Shown here one piece after another: positions 1 to 12,222 of a DNA stretch of 64,000 nucleotides (position 1 is its first letter; each line of letters starts with the position of its first letter). The notes beneath the pieces were generated by a model. That model was not told where the DNA came from. It ran no database searches and saw nothing but the letters and a program-made list of their open reading frames with translations. The position numbers were made by a program, and so were the translations under genes. Location: the NCBI RefSeq assembly GCF_964213995.1, contig NC_135830.1, forward strand, positions 11,346,001 through 11,410,000, written 5' to 3'. Source of the stretch: Mustelus asterias. Taxonomy: Eukaryota.

Positions 1-59
1 ACCGTCACATCCAAACAGAGTCATATTCCTTGGGATCTGAATATCTTGTAATATGGAAC

Positions 60-490
60 TGTAGCTCCGTTATATACTTCCAGACATCTCTTCCCTCAGA
101 GGGTTGTTAGTCTTTTGGATTTCTCTTCCACAGGGACCAGTGGAGGCTGAGGATCATTGAATATATTCCAGTTAGACAGATCTTTGACTGACAAGGGTGT
201 CAAAGGTTATGGGGAACAGACAAGAAGATGAGCAAAAGCTAATATGTGGGGGGATTTCTTCACTCAAGGATGTGGTAAGGCTTTGGAATTCTCAACCCCT
301 GAGGACAGTGAAGCCTCAGTCATCAACTATTTTCAAGAGTTTGATTGATTGGTTTCCAGATATTGAAGATATCAAGGGATATGGGTTTAGTGTGGGGAGA
401 ATGATGCTGAGGTAGATGAACGAATTATCTAATTGAATGGTTTAAAAGGCTCGATGAGCCAAATGGCCGACTGCAGCTCCTATTTGTCAT
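60..490 (+). mobile_element. Decayed CR1 LINE 3' fragments
   Basis: Degenerate 'RVV.LWNS...VEA.SL..FK' RT C-terminus present twice, followed by a CR1-type 3' UTR. Confidence 0.65.
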
Positions 491-1089
491 GGTCTCTGTG
501 TCCAGGACAGGAAGCAGTGAGCATGGATCTGTCAATCAGCCTCAATCAGCACCTTCAGGAGAATTGGGAGGGTGAATATTAGATACAGCAGAGTGAGAAT
601 GGAGGGAGAGTGTGTGGGATGGAGATTCACAGCTTTGGGGAATGGGAGAGGAAAGAATGTTCCATAGAAACTAGAATTGTCTGTTCTGAATTTCTATGCT
701 GTACTGACACTGATGACTTTTGTAAACTCATTTTACAGGATATTGAAAGAGGAATCACAGGCCAAAATCTCAAACGTCATGTCTCGATCTGACAGAGTCA
801 TATTCCTTGGGAGCTGAATATCATCGGACTTTGAATCTAGAAGGAGAAATGTTTGTCCGGTCTGTTGATTTGAAAAGATTTCAAACATCAGTGTGACTGG
901 GAAAGCACCAACACACGGCCACACTCGAGTGAGTGTGTTCCAGTGCACTGACTAAAGAGCTTTAACCAGTTACACAGCCTGAATAAATATCATACCATTC
1001 ACAGCAGGGAGAGACTGTACTCGTGTTCTGTGTGTGGACGAGGCTTCAACTGATTGTCCACCCAAGACAGCGGCAAGGACACCTGCACC

Positions 1090-1512
1090 ATGGAGAAACC
1101 ATGGAAATGTGGGGACTGTGGGAAGAGATACAGATACCCATCAGAGCTGGAAGCTCATCGGCGCAGCCACACTGAGGAGAGGCCATTCACCTGCTCTCAG
1201 TGTGGGGAGGGATTCACTTGGTCATCCGGTCTGCGGGCACATGAGCGCATTCATACTGGGGAGAGGCCATTCACCTGCCCTCAGTGTGGGAAGGGATTCA
1301 CTCAGTCATCCACCCTGCAGAAGCACCAGCGAGTTCACACTGGGGAGAAACCGTTCACCTGCTCACAGTGTGGGAAGGGATTCACATGGTCATCCCACCT
1401 GCAGAGACACCAGCGAGTTCACACTGGGGAGAGACCCTTCACCTGCTCTCAGTGTGGGAAGGGATTCACTCGGTCCTCCCACCTGTTGAGACACCAACAA
1501 GTTCACGAGTGA
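1090..1512 (+). CDS. ZNF-A: tandem C2H2 zinc-finger protein, 5 fingers, no effector domain
   Basis: ATG at 1090 (accATGg), [10 protein letters not shown]..., 5 CxxC-12-HxxxH fingers with TGERPF linkers; acceptor ttttacag at 731-738 upstream. Confidence 0.85.
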   Translation: MEKPWKCGDCGKRYRYPSELEAHRRSHTEERPFTCSQCGEGFTWSSGLRAHERIHTGERPFTCPQCGKGFTQSSTLQKHQRVHTGEKPFTCSQCGKGFTWSSHLQRHQRVHTGERPFTCSQCGKGFTRSSHLLRHQQVHE

Positions 1513-1799
1513 TTCCAGGGGTTGGATTCTGCTGTTATTGTTTCTGCTCTCAATTACATCCAGGACTGCATTTTGTTCATTCTCACAGTTAGTCAATGGG
1601 GAGGGTCGGAGGGTTTCTTTCTGCTAGACTGGCCGGTCTCATGACTTTGCCTCCAGTGGGCTGATGCTCTTTGAGTCTTGTTGCAAATCCCTGGTTTCAA
1701 ATTTCACACGGATCAGAGTGACAGGATGTTAGGAAGTTAAGAAATAGTCACTATTTCTGTTTGAAACTCCCCCAGATGCCCATCCAATTTCCTTTGTAA

Positions 1800-2090
1800 T
1801 TGTTTATTGTCTCCACTTCCTCCACCCTCGTAGGCAGCGAGTTCCAGGTCATTACCATTCACTGCATCAGAATATTCTCCCTCACATCTCCCACCCCCCC
1901 TCCCCCCCCACTCCCCCCACTGCATCTCTGACCCAAAACCATAAATCTGTGTCCCCCTCGTCCTTGTCCCATCAGCTAATGGGAACAGCTTTTCTTTGTC
2001 CACCTTATCTAAACCTGTCAGACTCTTGTCCACCTCTATCAAATCTCCCCTCAACCTCCTTTGCTCCAAGGGGAACAACCCCAGCCTGAC
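1800..2090 (-). mobile_element. CR1 LINE 3' fragment
   Basis: LGLFPLEQRRLRGDLIEV motif in ORF 1737-2129. Confidence 0.7.
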
Positions 2091-2580
2091 ATTGACAATA
2101 AAGAACAAACTAACAGAATATGTTAACACCTGAAATCAAATGGGAATGTTTAATTTCTGTTTTAAAGATATTGTGCATATATTGTCCTGGACAATAAAGG
2201 AATTGGAATAACTCACCTTGGGTGTGGTAGAATGGAATATATCAATCTGGTATCCACCTACAGTCTCGTGAAAGTTTGGAATGCATAGCTGGAAATCCCT
2301 CCCTAACAGCACTGTGGGTGTACTTACACCTCAGGCATTGTAGCAGGTCAGGAAGGCAGTGTTGGGGTTGACCATGGCCGAGGCAGCTACATACAGCCAC
2401 ATATTCTGTTATAATTGAAGGACAGCAGATTGAATGTGAGGCATTATGGGACTGGACTATCTTGACCACATTCCTGTGACTGCTCAGTTTCTACAATCAC
2501 GGACCATTAAAGCTACTTAGCAGGGCCCCAACACAGGACTTGGTGAGAATATTTACTCAGAATGAGTTAGAATTAAACTA

Positions 2581-2900
2581 GGGCGGCACGGTGGCACAGT
2601 GATTAGCACTGCTGCCTCACAGCACCAGGGACCCGGGTTTGATTCCCAATGGGTCACTGTCTGTGTGGAGTTTGCACATTCTCCCCGTGTCTGCGTGGGT
2701 TTCCTCCGGGTGCTCTGGTTTCCTCCCACAGTCCAAAGATGTGTGGGTTAGGTGGATTGGTTGTGCTAAATTGCCCCTTAGTGCCAGGGGGACTAGCTAG
2801 GGTAAATGCATGGGGTTATGGGGATAGGGTCGGTGGGATTGTGGTTGGTGCAGACTTGATGGGCTGAATGGCCTCCTTCTGCACTGTAGAGATTCAATGA
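2581..2900 (+). mobile_element. HE1-type tRNA-derived V-SINE
   Basis: gggcggcacggtggcacagtg head with A/B boxes, V-domain ctgtgtggagtttgcacattctcc, CR1-like tail. Confidence 0.85.
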
Positions 2901-2974
2901 GATTATTGCAGGACCGGCTGGTGTTCAGCAGCTGAGATACCTGGAATCTGTAAAAATGGGGTCTGACTAATCAA

Positions 2975-4088
2975 CAAACATAAGAACATAAGAAATAGGA
3001 GCAAGAGTAGGCCATCTAGCCCCTCGAGCCTGCCCCGCCATTCAATAAGATCATGGCTGATCTGACGTGGATCAGTACCACTTACCCGCCTGATCCCCAT
3101 AACCCTTAATTCCCTTACCGATCAGGAATCCATCCATCCGCGCTTTAAACATATTCAGCGAGGTAGCCTCCACCACCTCAGTGGGCAGAGAATTCCAAAG
3201 ATTCACCACCCGCTGGGAGAAGAAGTTCCTCCTCAACTCTGTCTTAAACCGACCCCCCTTTATTTTGAGGCTGTGTCCTCTAGTTTTAACTTCCTTACTA
3301 AGTGGAAAGAATCTCTCCGCCTCCACCCTATCCAGCCCCCGCATTATCTTATAAGTCTCCATAAGATCCCCCCTCATCCTTCTAAACTCCAACGAGTACA
3401 AACCCAATATCCTCAGCCTCTCCTCATAATCCAAACCCCTCATCTCCGGTATCAACCTGGTGAACCTTCTCTGCACTCCCTCCAATGCCAATATATCCTT
3501 CCTCATATAAGGGGACCAATACTGCACACAGTATTCCAGCTGCGGCCTCACCAATGCCCTGTACAGGTGCATCAAGACATCCCTGCTTTTATATTCTATC
3601 CCCCTCGCAATATAGGCCAACATCCCATTTGCCTTCTTGATCACCTGTTGTATCTGCAGACTGGGCTTTTGCGTCTCATGCACAAGGACCCCCAGGTCCC
3701 TTTGCACGGTAGCATGTTTTAATTTGTTTCCATTGAGATAGTAATCCCATTTGTTATTATTTCCTCCAAAGTGTATAACCTCGCATTTCTCAACGTTATA
3801 CTCCATTTGCCATATCCTCGCCCACTCACTCAGCCTGTCCAAATCTCTCTGCAGATCTTCTCCGTCCTCCACATGATTCACTTTTCCACTTATCTTTGTG
3901 TCGTCTGCAAACTTCGTTACCCTACACTCCGTCCCCTCCTCCAGATCATCTATATAAATGGTAAATAGTTGCGGCCCGAGTACCGATCCCTGCGGCACGC
4001 CACTAGTTACCTTCCTCCAACCGGAAAAACACCCATTTATTCCGACTCTTTGCTTCCTGTCGGATAGCCAGTCCCCAATCCACTTTAA
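2975..4088 (-). mobile_element. 5'-truncated young CR1 LINE (RT C-terminal ORF 3072-3998 open)
   Basis: [28 protein letters not shown] motifs; (ttcttatg)n tail. Confidence 0.92.
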
Positions 4089-4389
4089 CGGGGGTAGGTC
4101 GCTGACTAAGAAGTTAAGAAGCGTTCTCAGGCATGTTTAAATTATTTTATCATAAATTTGTGATAAGAACTGTGAGGGACTTGTGACCTGATAGTTGGTG
4201 AAGTGACGGTATACTCCAAGTAGCACTGGACTGAAAAGCAGACCTCTGAGAGTAGATTCTAATGGTTATAATCCTACCCAAGGCATGGCCAGTGACAAAT
4301 CAGAGCTCAAGTGGGGACCGGACAGGTCTCTTCCTGCCATTTGGAAACTAAGAACAAGAAACTTATCGATTAAAATGATTAGAGAATAG

Positions 4390-4560
4390 AGCCAACCTTT
4401 CAAGTCTGGATGACACTTCAGAAGAGCTCTTATAAAGGGTCATCCAGACTCGAAACATTGACTCTATTCTCTCTCCACAGATGCTGTCAGACCTGCTGAG
4501 ATTTTTCAGCATTTTCTGTTTTTGTTTCAGATTCCAGAATCCGCAGTATTTAACTTTTAT
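4390..4560 (+). mobile_element. Penelope-like pLTR fragment (family 2), partly palindromic
   Basis: aagggtcatccagactcgaaac...cagatgctgtcagacctgctgag; same family at 5560, 27200, 30755, 43575. Confidence 0.65.
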
Positions 4561-5029
4561 GATAAAATGATTTGGTCTGATTGGAATCCCCACGACCCTC
4601 CCGCAAAACAGAGGGAGTGGTGGCAAAGGGAGAAAAAGGGTAAGGATGATAAAGTCTGGGTTCTGATTCTCCAAGACCAAGTAGAATTAACAAAATGAGT
4701 GAACCAGTTTATCAAGAATAGAAGTTACCCATCCCTAACAAAAACTGATCAAATTAAAATAATTAGGTTGATGAATATAACAAAAAAAATTAATGGGTGA
4801 AGTTTAAAATCAAGTTTGTTTTGTTGTTAGGGAAGTTTTTTAAACTTGTGTAAAGTGTCAAGTTTTTTCTGCTCACTCCCCACCCCTTTAGGTTCTGCAG
4901 AAAAGTTAACCCTTTCAGCAGACAGTTCATTTGTTTTTAAATCGCACGAAAACTCGTGTCTATTTTAGTTTATAATTGAAGATTTATGGGAATTGGCGAA
5001 GATGGGCTTTTGACATTTTTAAAGTATAA

Positions 5030-5352
<323 letters not shown>

Positions 5353-5557
5353 CCATAGTGATCGGATTCTGCTGTTAATCACATTCAGGACTTAAATGTG
5401 TTCATTAGGTCTGTTTCTGCTGGAGTTGATGAAATCCAACCCAGTTATAGGGGTTAATATTCTGGATAAAAGTCAAATAAATTAGCTTTGTGTTCAATAC
5501 TGTGCATTGAATCTTTTCAATAACATCAACATAAATGAATTCCTTTTGAAATATATG

Positions 5558-5786
5558 GATAAAAGCAAATTACTGCAGCTGCTAGAATCTGAAACCAAAA
5601 GAGAAAATACTGGAAAATCTCAGCAGGTCTGGCAGCATCTGTAAGGAGAGAAAAGAGCTGATGTTTCAAGTCCAGATGACCCTTTTGTCAAAGCTCAAAA
5701 CACCAGCTTTGACAAAGGGTCATCTGGACTCAAAACATCAGCTCTTTTCTCTCCTTACAGATGCTGCCAGACCTGCTGAGATTTCT
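5558..5786. mobile_element. Penelope-like pLTR inverted pair (family 2)
   Basis: Arms ~5617-5695 and ~5706-5783 are reverse complements around aaaacacca. Confidence 0.75.
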
Positions 5787-5939
5787 CCTTTGGTTCCTTT
5801 TGAAATACCTCCCTTTGTTCTTCCTCCATCTTCACCTCCCACAAATGCTCATGGAGGAGAAACTCATGATCTTCTTTGTTGCTAAGTTTGAGACAATTCA
5901 ATCAGCTGCCTCTGCTGCTTCCCTCCCTTTCCATATTCC

Positions 5940-6290
5940 TTCAGGTGCAGAAAGAGGCCATTCAGCCCAGCAAGTCTGCACCAATGCTCTGAAAGAACAT
6001 CTTAACCAGCCCCCTTTACCACACCGCCCCCCCCCCCCCTCCGCCTCCCATCATGTCCCAATAACCCCAGGCGCATTTTCCATGCCTACTGCACCTAAGC
6101 TACACATCTTGGGACAACAGGCAATTGAACATGGCCAATCCACCTGACCTGCACATCATTAGCTTGTGGGAGGAAACTGGACATCCGAAGGAAACGCATG
6201 CAGACCTGGGGAGAACATGCAAACTCCACACAGACAGTGACCCAAGCTGGGAATCGAACCTGGGTCCTTGACACTTTGAGGCAGCAAGCT
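5940..6290 (-). mobile_element. Diverged HE1/V-SINE
   Basis: aaactccacacagacagtgacccaagctgggaatcgaacc motif. Confidence 0.75.
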
Positions 6291-6867
6291 AATTGACTGG
6301 ACAAAATCTCCTTTAAGGTTCCCCTTTATCTTAGCTCTGAACTCACATCTTCCTCTAGTTTCTCTCACCTTCTCTCATGTCCTCTTAGACCTCAGGGTGG
6401 TGCAAGCAGGCATTTAAGACGCATTCAGATGAACACCTGAAATGCTATAGCATAAAAGGGTACAGACCAAGTGAAGTGCTGGGTGATGGGATTGGAACGG
6501 AATGGTGTTTGATGACCAATGCAGACACGATTGGCTGAAAGGCCTCTTTCTGTGCTATCAAACTCTATGAGGAAGGAGGGTTGTTGATGTGCTGTCTGGG
6601 TGGGTGATATTTGGAGGAGCTGTCTCCCTAGGACTGAACTAAAGCATTTCATAGCAATGTGAGCCTTATAAGGAGCTCTTGGCGACACATAAAATCTCCT
6701 CACTCTGCTGAGCAACACTTTTGTATCTATTTCAGGCAGTGTGGGGAAAGACCCTGAGTGCACAGCTCAGGAATTTTAATAGCCAGGCACTGTGAACTCA
6801 CTCACAAATCACATATGCCACATTCGAAGTTGAGATACATTTGTCCATGTTCAAATTTTAACTACTG

Positions 6868-7152
6868 TTCATAGAATCATAGAATCCCTACTGTTCAGAA
6901 GAGGCTATTCAGCCTATCGAGTCTGCATTGACTCTCTGACAGAGTATCTCACCCAAACCTCTCCTCTGCTCTATCCCTCCAACCCCACATATTGACCATG
7001 GCTAATCCATCTGACCTATACATCTTTGGACTGTGGGAGGAAACCAGAGCATCCAAAGGAAACACATACAGACACGGGGAGAGGTGACAGACAGACAGTC
7101 ACCCAAGCTGGATTTGAACATGGGTCCCTGGAGCTGTGTGGCATAACTGCCG
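6868..7152 (-). mobile_element. Diverged HE1/V-SINE
   Basis: catagaatcatagaatccc tail plus V-domain. Confidence 0.75.
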
Positions 7153-7734
7153 TTCCACTCTTTTTGCTGCTGAACACTCAGTGACAACATATGGAAGCCC
7201 TGGTCAGAGCTGATTGTGTAGTGAGGTTATCAATGGGTTTCGAATGTAAATTCACACACAATGAAGATCAGAATCATGTGCGTTTTTTCTTGCTCCACCG
7301 CCTGAACCAATAACCGTCTGCACCTATTTACCAAATATAAAAATGCTTTATGAAATGAGCAGTTTCCAATAAAATGAGTAAAACCCGAAACCAAAGACCA
7401 CCAGCATCTCATTCACTTCATTTAACAAAGTGGGGTGTGTTTAATCTACTTTGATGACTGTTTTTATCCAGAACGTCATTGACACAGAATATTAGAACAT
7501 GTTTTTATTTGATGGTGGGCTAATATAACTATCAGGGGATTTGATATAAACCCTGTCAAACATTACATTTTCAATCCAGCTTTCCAAAGAGAGAATACAG
7601 TCGGCAGCAGCTTCGACTTATCGACAGTCAGTGAAAACAGAATGTCAGTGAGGCAGTCACACACTGAGACCACACACGAGTCAGAGCCTTTCTCCAATAT
7701 GCTTATTTTAGAAATAAAGAACTTATAAACTTCC

Positions 7735-7810
7735 CAAGGCAGCTTCTCCGGCAAGTGCAGGAGATGTAACAGCTGCACTTTCACCTCCTCCCTACTCACC
7801 ATCCAGGGGT
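7735..7810 (+). mobile_element. Penelope ORF fragment (Cys linker preceding GIY-YIG)
   Basis: Reads GSFSGKCRRCNSCTFTSSLLTIQG. Confidence 0.5.
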
Positions 7811-8049
7811 TACACATACGTGCCTCAATCCCAAATGTGTCAAATAGTTTGAAATCACATTTTGGAAATGGATGGATATTTGTTTAAAATAAATTAACAC
7901 AATACATTTTTTATATAGATTCTAAGTTAAAAGATTTAATATCTCCACTGTATGTGGCATCTGTGCTATCTTATCCATGTAATGAAGTAAACACGACAAA
8001 ATTCAACAAAATACAAAAGGTATTGTTACTGAGAGAATACATCATCAAT

Positions 8050-8460
8050 ATTTGATTTAATTTATTCTTGTTGCATGTACTGGGATACAGTGAAAAGTAT
8101 TGTTTCTTATGTAGTAGACAAACAAAGCATACTGTTCATAGAGTGCAGAGGGGAAAAGGAAAGGATACGGTGCAGAATATAGTGCTGTCGTTACAGGTAT
8201 GGTGAATGGAAAGGTGAGCTTAATATATGGTAGGTCCATCCAAAATTCTGATGCAGCAAGGAAGTTGTTCTTGAATTAGTTGGCAGGTGTTTTCAGACTT
8301 TTGTATCTTTTTCTCGACAGAAGCAGGTGGAAGAGAGAAGGTCCGGGGTATGAGGGGTTCTTGATTATGCTGGCTGCTTTCTGAGGCAGTGGGAAGTGTA
8401 GAGAGAGTCAATGGATGGGAGACTGGTTTGCGTGATGGACTGGGGTATGTTCAGAACCCA
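8050..8460 (-). mobile_element. Rex1/Babar-type LINE 3' end
   Basis: Same family as 53690-55812; ends in aataaa(tcaaa)n. Confidence 0.7.
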
Positions 8461-8877
8461 CAACCCTTTGTAATATTACTATGTGAATACATCACTAATA
8501 AAGGAGTTAGTGAGAGTGAAAGAGAAGGCTCTGAAAATCAAAGAGTAGCTCTTGAGAAAATCTCAAACCAGTCATTTAAAAATATATATTTTGATGCCCG
8601 AAGTAGAACCTTTCAGGCACAGAATTGTAGATTTTCCACCAAAGAACAATTTAGGATTAAAGTAAAAGTTTATAATTTTGTTGTAACAGAATTCCTGTTG
8701 AAAGTTCTTGAATTAAAAGAAATGGTGTTGTCAAAAATGGACCCTGAAGCCCTGAAAATTGGTGACATCGCCAGAATATTAAACCCCAGCCAGTCATATC
8801 AGCAGGAACAAAACCACGTATCAATACTAAACAAGATAAACAGCAGCAGTAACAGCAGAATCCAACCCCTGCAGTCA

Positions 8878-9855
8878 CTAATGAATTTGCTGATGTCTCA
8901 AGAACCATTGTGACTGAGTGAATCCCTTCCCACACACAGAGCAGTTGAATGGTCTCTTAGTGTGAGTGCATTGGTGAGCCAGCAGCTTGAACCCCAGCCA
9001 CGGAGCAAGTGAACGGCCTCTGTCCAGTGTGAACTCGCTGGTGAGCAGTGAGGTTGGATGACCGATTTTCCCACACACGGAGCAGCTGAATGGCCTCTCT
9101 CCAGTGTGAACTCGCTGGTGTAAAACAAGATTGGATGACTGCCTGAAACTCTTTCCACAGTCAGTGCAGCTGAATGGCTTCTCCTCAGTGTGAATTCGTT
9201 GGTGTCTCAGCAGGGTGGGTAAAACTGTGAATCCTGTCCCACACATGGAACAAGTAAATGGTCTCTCCCCAGTGTGAATTCGTTGGTGTGCAATGAGAGA
9301 GGTTGCCTGTCTGAAACTCTTTCCACAGGAAGTGCAGCTGAATGGCTTTTGAGTGTGAATCCGCTGGTGTGACAGCAGGTGGGATGACCCAGTGAATCCC
9401 TCCCCACACATGGAGCAGGTGAAAGGCCTCTCCCCAGTGTGAACTCGCTGGTGTAATGTGAAGTTGGATGACTGAGTGAATCTCTTTCCACACTCAGGGC
9501 AGGTGAACAGTCCCTCCCCAGTGTGAGTGCGTTGGTGTGCCGTGAGTGCTGAAGAATGCCTGAACCTCTTTCCACAGGGAGTGCAGCTGAATGGCTTCTC
9601 CTCAGTGTGAATTCGCTGGTGTGACAAAAGACCAGATAACTGAGTGAAAGCCTTCCCACACACAGAGCAGGTGAATGCCCTCTTCCCCGTGTGAACTCGC
9701 TGGTGTAATGATAGGTTGGATGACTGAGTGAATCCTTTCCCACATATAGAACAGGTGAATGGCCTCTCCCCAGTGTGACTGCGTTGATGGTTTTCCAGCA
9801 GGGATGGATAATTGAATCCTTTCCCACAATCTTCACATCTCCACCGTTTCTCCAT
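8878..9855 (-). CDS. ZNF-C: tandem C2H2 protein, 9 intact fingers, 2 broken, 1 terminal finger
   Basis: ATG at 9855 (MEKRWRCEDC); frame lost and regained near 8990-9070. Confidence 0.75.
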   Translation of the reverse strand: MEKRWRCEDCGKGFNYPSLLENHQRSHTGERPFTCSICGKGFTQSSNLSLHQRVHTGKRAFTCSVCGKAFTQLSGLLSHQRIHTEEKPFSCTPCGKRFRHSSALTAHQRTHTGEGLFTCPECGKRFTQSSNFTLHQRVHTGERPFTCSMCGEGFTGSSHLLSHQRIHTQKPFSCTSCGKSFRQATSLIAHQRIHTGERPFTCSMCGTGFTVLPTLLRHQRIHTEEKPFSCTDCGKSFRQSSNLVLHQRVHTGERPFSCSVCGKIGHPTSLLTSEFTLDRGRSLAPWLGFKLLAHQCTHTKRPFNCSVCGKGFTQSQWFLRHQQIH

Positions 9856-10227
9856 GCTACCGGTGTCCGTGTGTCTCTCCAGGTTGGACAATCAGTTCAA
9901 GTCTTGTCCAAACATTGAACAAATGTATGGTTTTTCCTCACCTTGTATTTTGCAATGTTTTCTCAAGCTGAACAACTGGTTAAAACTCTTTCCACAGTCA
10001 GTTCACTGGAACACTCACTCGGGTGTGTGTGTGTGTGTGTCTCGGTGCTTGTCCAGTCACTGATGTTTGAAATGTGTTCTTTTAGAGCAGTTGATCATTT
10101 ATCCTTCCACATTCAAAGACCGATGATATTCAGATGCTGATGAATGGAGTTACTCAACCAGAGCTTGATCTGACGTTTCACATCTGCAAATCCTTCGCTT
10201 CTGATCTCCTGTAGAAACAGTTCACAA

Positions 10228-10860
10228 ACTCCGCTTCTCCGGGACAAACAAGAGCCAAGGCCAGCAATGACACTGCGCATGCTCCACATCACAATGCCCG
10301 GGGACTGATTGACGGCAGGCGCGGGCCAATAGGAAGAGGGGGCGGGGCTGGAGGACCGAGCGGGAGCGGCTGGTCCTCCAACCAATCAGAGTGAATGAGG
10401 GGCGGCCAGGTCGGGAGTGGAGCATGCGCGGCAATGGTAAGGCGGTTGTGAGCCTGGCAATGCAGCGTGCGGTCTGAGCATGCTCAGTGTCAGTCATGGT
10501 GCAGGGGAGAGTTCGGGAGGAGATTGTGAGCACAGGGTAGGAATGGAAACCACGGCTGCACTGGAAACAGCACCAACTTCTGGCCTAGGCTGCAGGCCCC
10601 GGCTTTACTGTGGGGACAGGCCCAAGGGGAGCGGGCTCGGTAGCCGCCATCTTACGAGTGTGAATGAGGGCGCTCAGAGAGGCGGAGCGTCCTCCCTGGC
10701 AATGGGCTTGGGTTACCTAGGCAATCATTTTGGGAGAGGAAGTGGGTCTGGTTCAGATGTCCTGCAAGGGTGGCCATCTTGGTGAGGGTATAGTGAGCGG
10801 GCGTTGCAAGGTGCGGGTTACCCAGGCAACCGGACGCGGCCATCTTGGAGCGGGACAGAG
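10228..10860. promoter_or_regulatory. CpG-rich bidirectional promoter (module A) between ZNF-C and ZNF-D
   Basis: NRF1-like ACTGCGCATGCT, two CCAAT, GGGGCGG boxes, TGGAGGACC-N14-GGTCCTCCA, three YY1-like GCCATCTT on the ZNF-D side. Confidence 0.7.
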
Positions 10861-11215
10861 ACTGGGATTGACAAATTGGGGGAGAGAATATTCCAGAGAA
10901 ACGAGAATTGTCTGCTCTGAATTTCTATCCTGTACTCATTGTGAGCACTCTTTTCAAACCATTTTCCAGGGGAGGATTTACACAAATTAAAATAAACATC
11001 AAAATCTGACAGAGATTTATCAGGAGCTGAATATCATCGACCTCTGCATGAGGAAGGAGAAATGTTTGTTTGGTCTGTGGGAAAAAATTTCAAACATCAG
11101 TGTGACTGGAAAAGCACCGAGACACACACATGAGTGAGAGTGTTCGAGTGAGCTAACTATGGAAAGAGCTTCAACCAGTTACACAGCCTGAAAAACATTA
11201 CACCATTCACAGCGA

Positions 11216-12143
11216 GGGCATTGGTGAGACCGCAGCTGGAATACTGTGTGCAATATTGGTCCCCTTATTTGCGGAAGGATATATTGGCCTTGGAGGGAGT
11301 GCAGAAAAGGTTCACCAGGTTGATACCGGAGATGAGGGGTGTTGATTATGAGGAGAGACTGAGCAGATTGGGTTTGTACTCGTTGGAATTTAGAAGGCTG
11401 AGGGGGGATATTCATAGAATCATAGAAATCCTACATTGCAGGAAGAGGCCATTCGGCCCATCAAGTCTGCACCGACCACAATCCCACCCAGGCCCTGCCC
11501 CCATATTCCTATATATTTTACCCACTAATCCCTCGAACCTACACATCTCAGGACACTAAGGGGCAATTTTAGCATGGCCAATCAACCTAACCCGCACAAC
11601 TTTGGACTGTGGGAGGAAACCGGAGCACCCGGAGGAAACCCACACAGACACGAGGAGAATGTGCAAACTCCACACAGATAGTGACCCGAGGCTGGAATCG
11701 AACCCAGGTCCCTGGGGCTGTGAAGCAGTAGTGCTAACCACTGTGCTACAGTGCCGCCCTTATAGAGACCTATAAGATAATGAAGGGGCTGGATAGGGTA
11801 GAGGTGGAGAGATTCTTTCCACTTAGAAAGGAAGCTAGAACTAGAGGGCACAGTCTCAACATAAAGGGGGGTCAGTTTAGGACAGAGTTGAGGAGGAACG
11901 TCTTCTCTCAGAGGGTGGTGAATCTCTGGAATTCTCTGCCCACTGAAGTGGTGGAGGCTACCTCGTTGAATATGTTTAAATCACGGAGAGATGGATTCCT
12001 GATCGGTAAGGGAATTAGGGGTTATGGGGATCAGGCGGGTAAGTGGAACTGATCCACTTCAGATCAACCATGATCTCATTGAATGGCAGGGCAGGCTCGA
12101 GGGGCTAGATGGCCTACTCCTGCTCCTATTTCTTATGTTCTTA
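11216..12143 (+). mobile_element. CR1 3' fragment inserted in the ZNF-D 5' leader
   Basis: Interrupts the family consensus cagcgagg|agaaactgtac; RT C-terminal motifs in ORFs 11221 and 11780. Confidence 0.9.
11413..11759 (-). mobile_element. HE1 SINE nested in CR1
   Basis: Full head-to-tail HE1 splitting the host ggggat..ttatagagacc. Confidence 0.9.
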
Positions 12144-12222
12144 GAAACTGTACACGTGTTGTGTGTGTGGACGAGGCTTCAACTGATTGTCCAACCCAGA
12201 GAGACACGAGGGCACCGGCACC

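Noticed and set aside
1051-1053. Conserved in-frame TGA as selenocysteine or programmed readthrough
   Set aside because: The upstream frame is broken by other stops or indels in most copies. The ATGA...GA in the ZNF-A 3' UTR is too short for a SECIS and is not conserved in E or K. CGA->TGA decay is simpler.
2581-2660. tRNA genes
   Set aside because: The A/B-box regions are SINE heads continuing into SINE bodies; no standalone cloverleaf seen
7560-7730. Exon-like stretch FNPAFQRENTVGSSFDLSTV
   Set aside because: Short, no recognisable homology, no clear splice sites
9185-9836. Alternative-frame ORFs over ZNF arrays (MWEGIHSVI.., TLGRGHSPA..), here and at every ZNF
   Set aside because: Shadow frames of the 84-bp finger repeat
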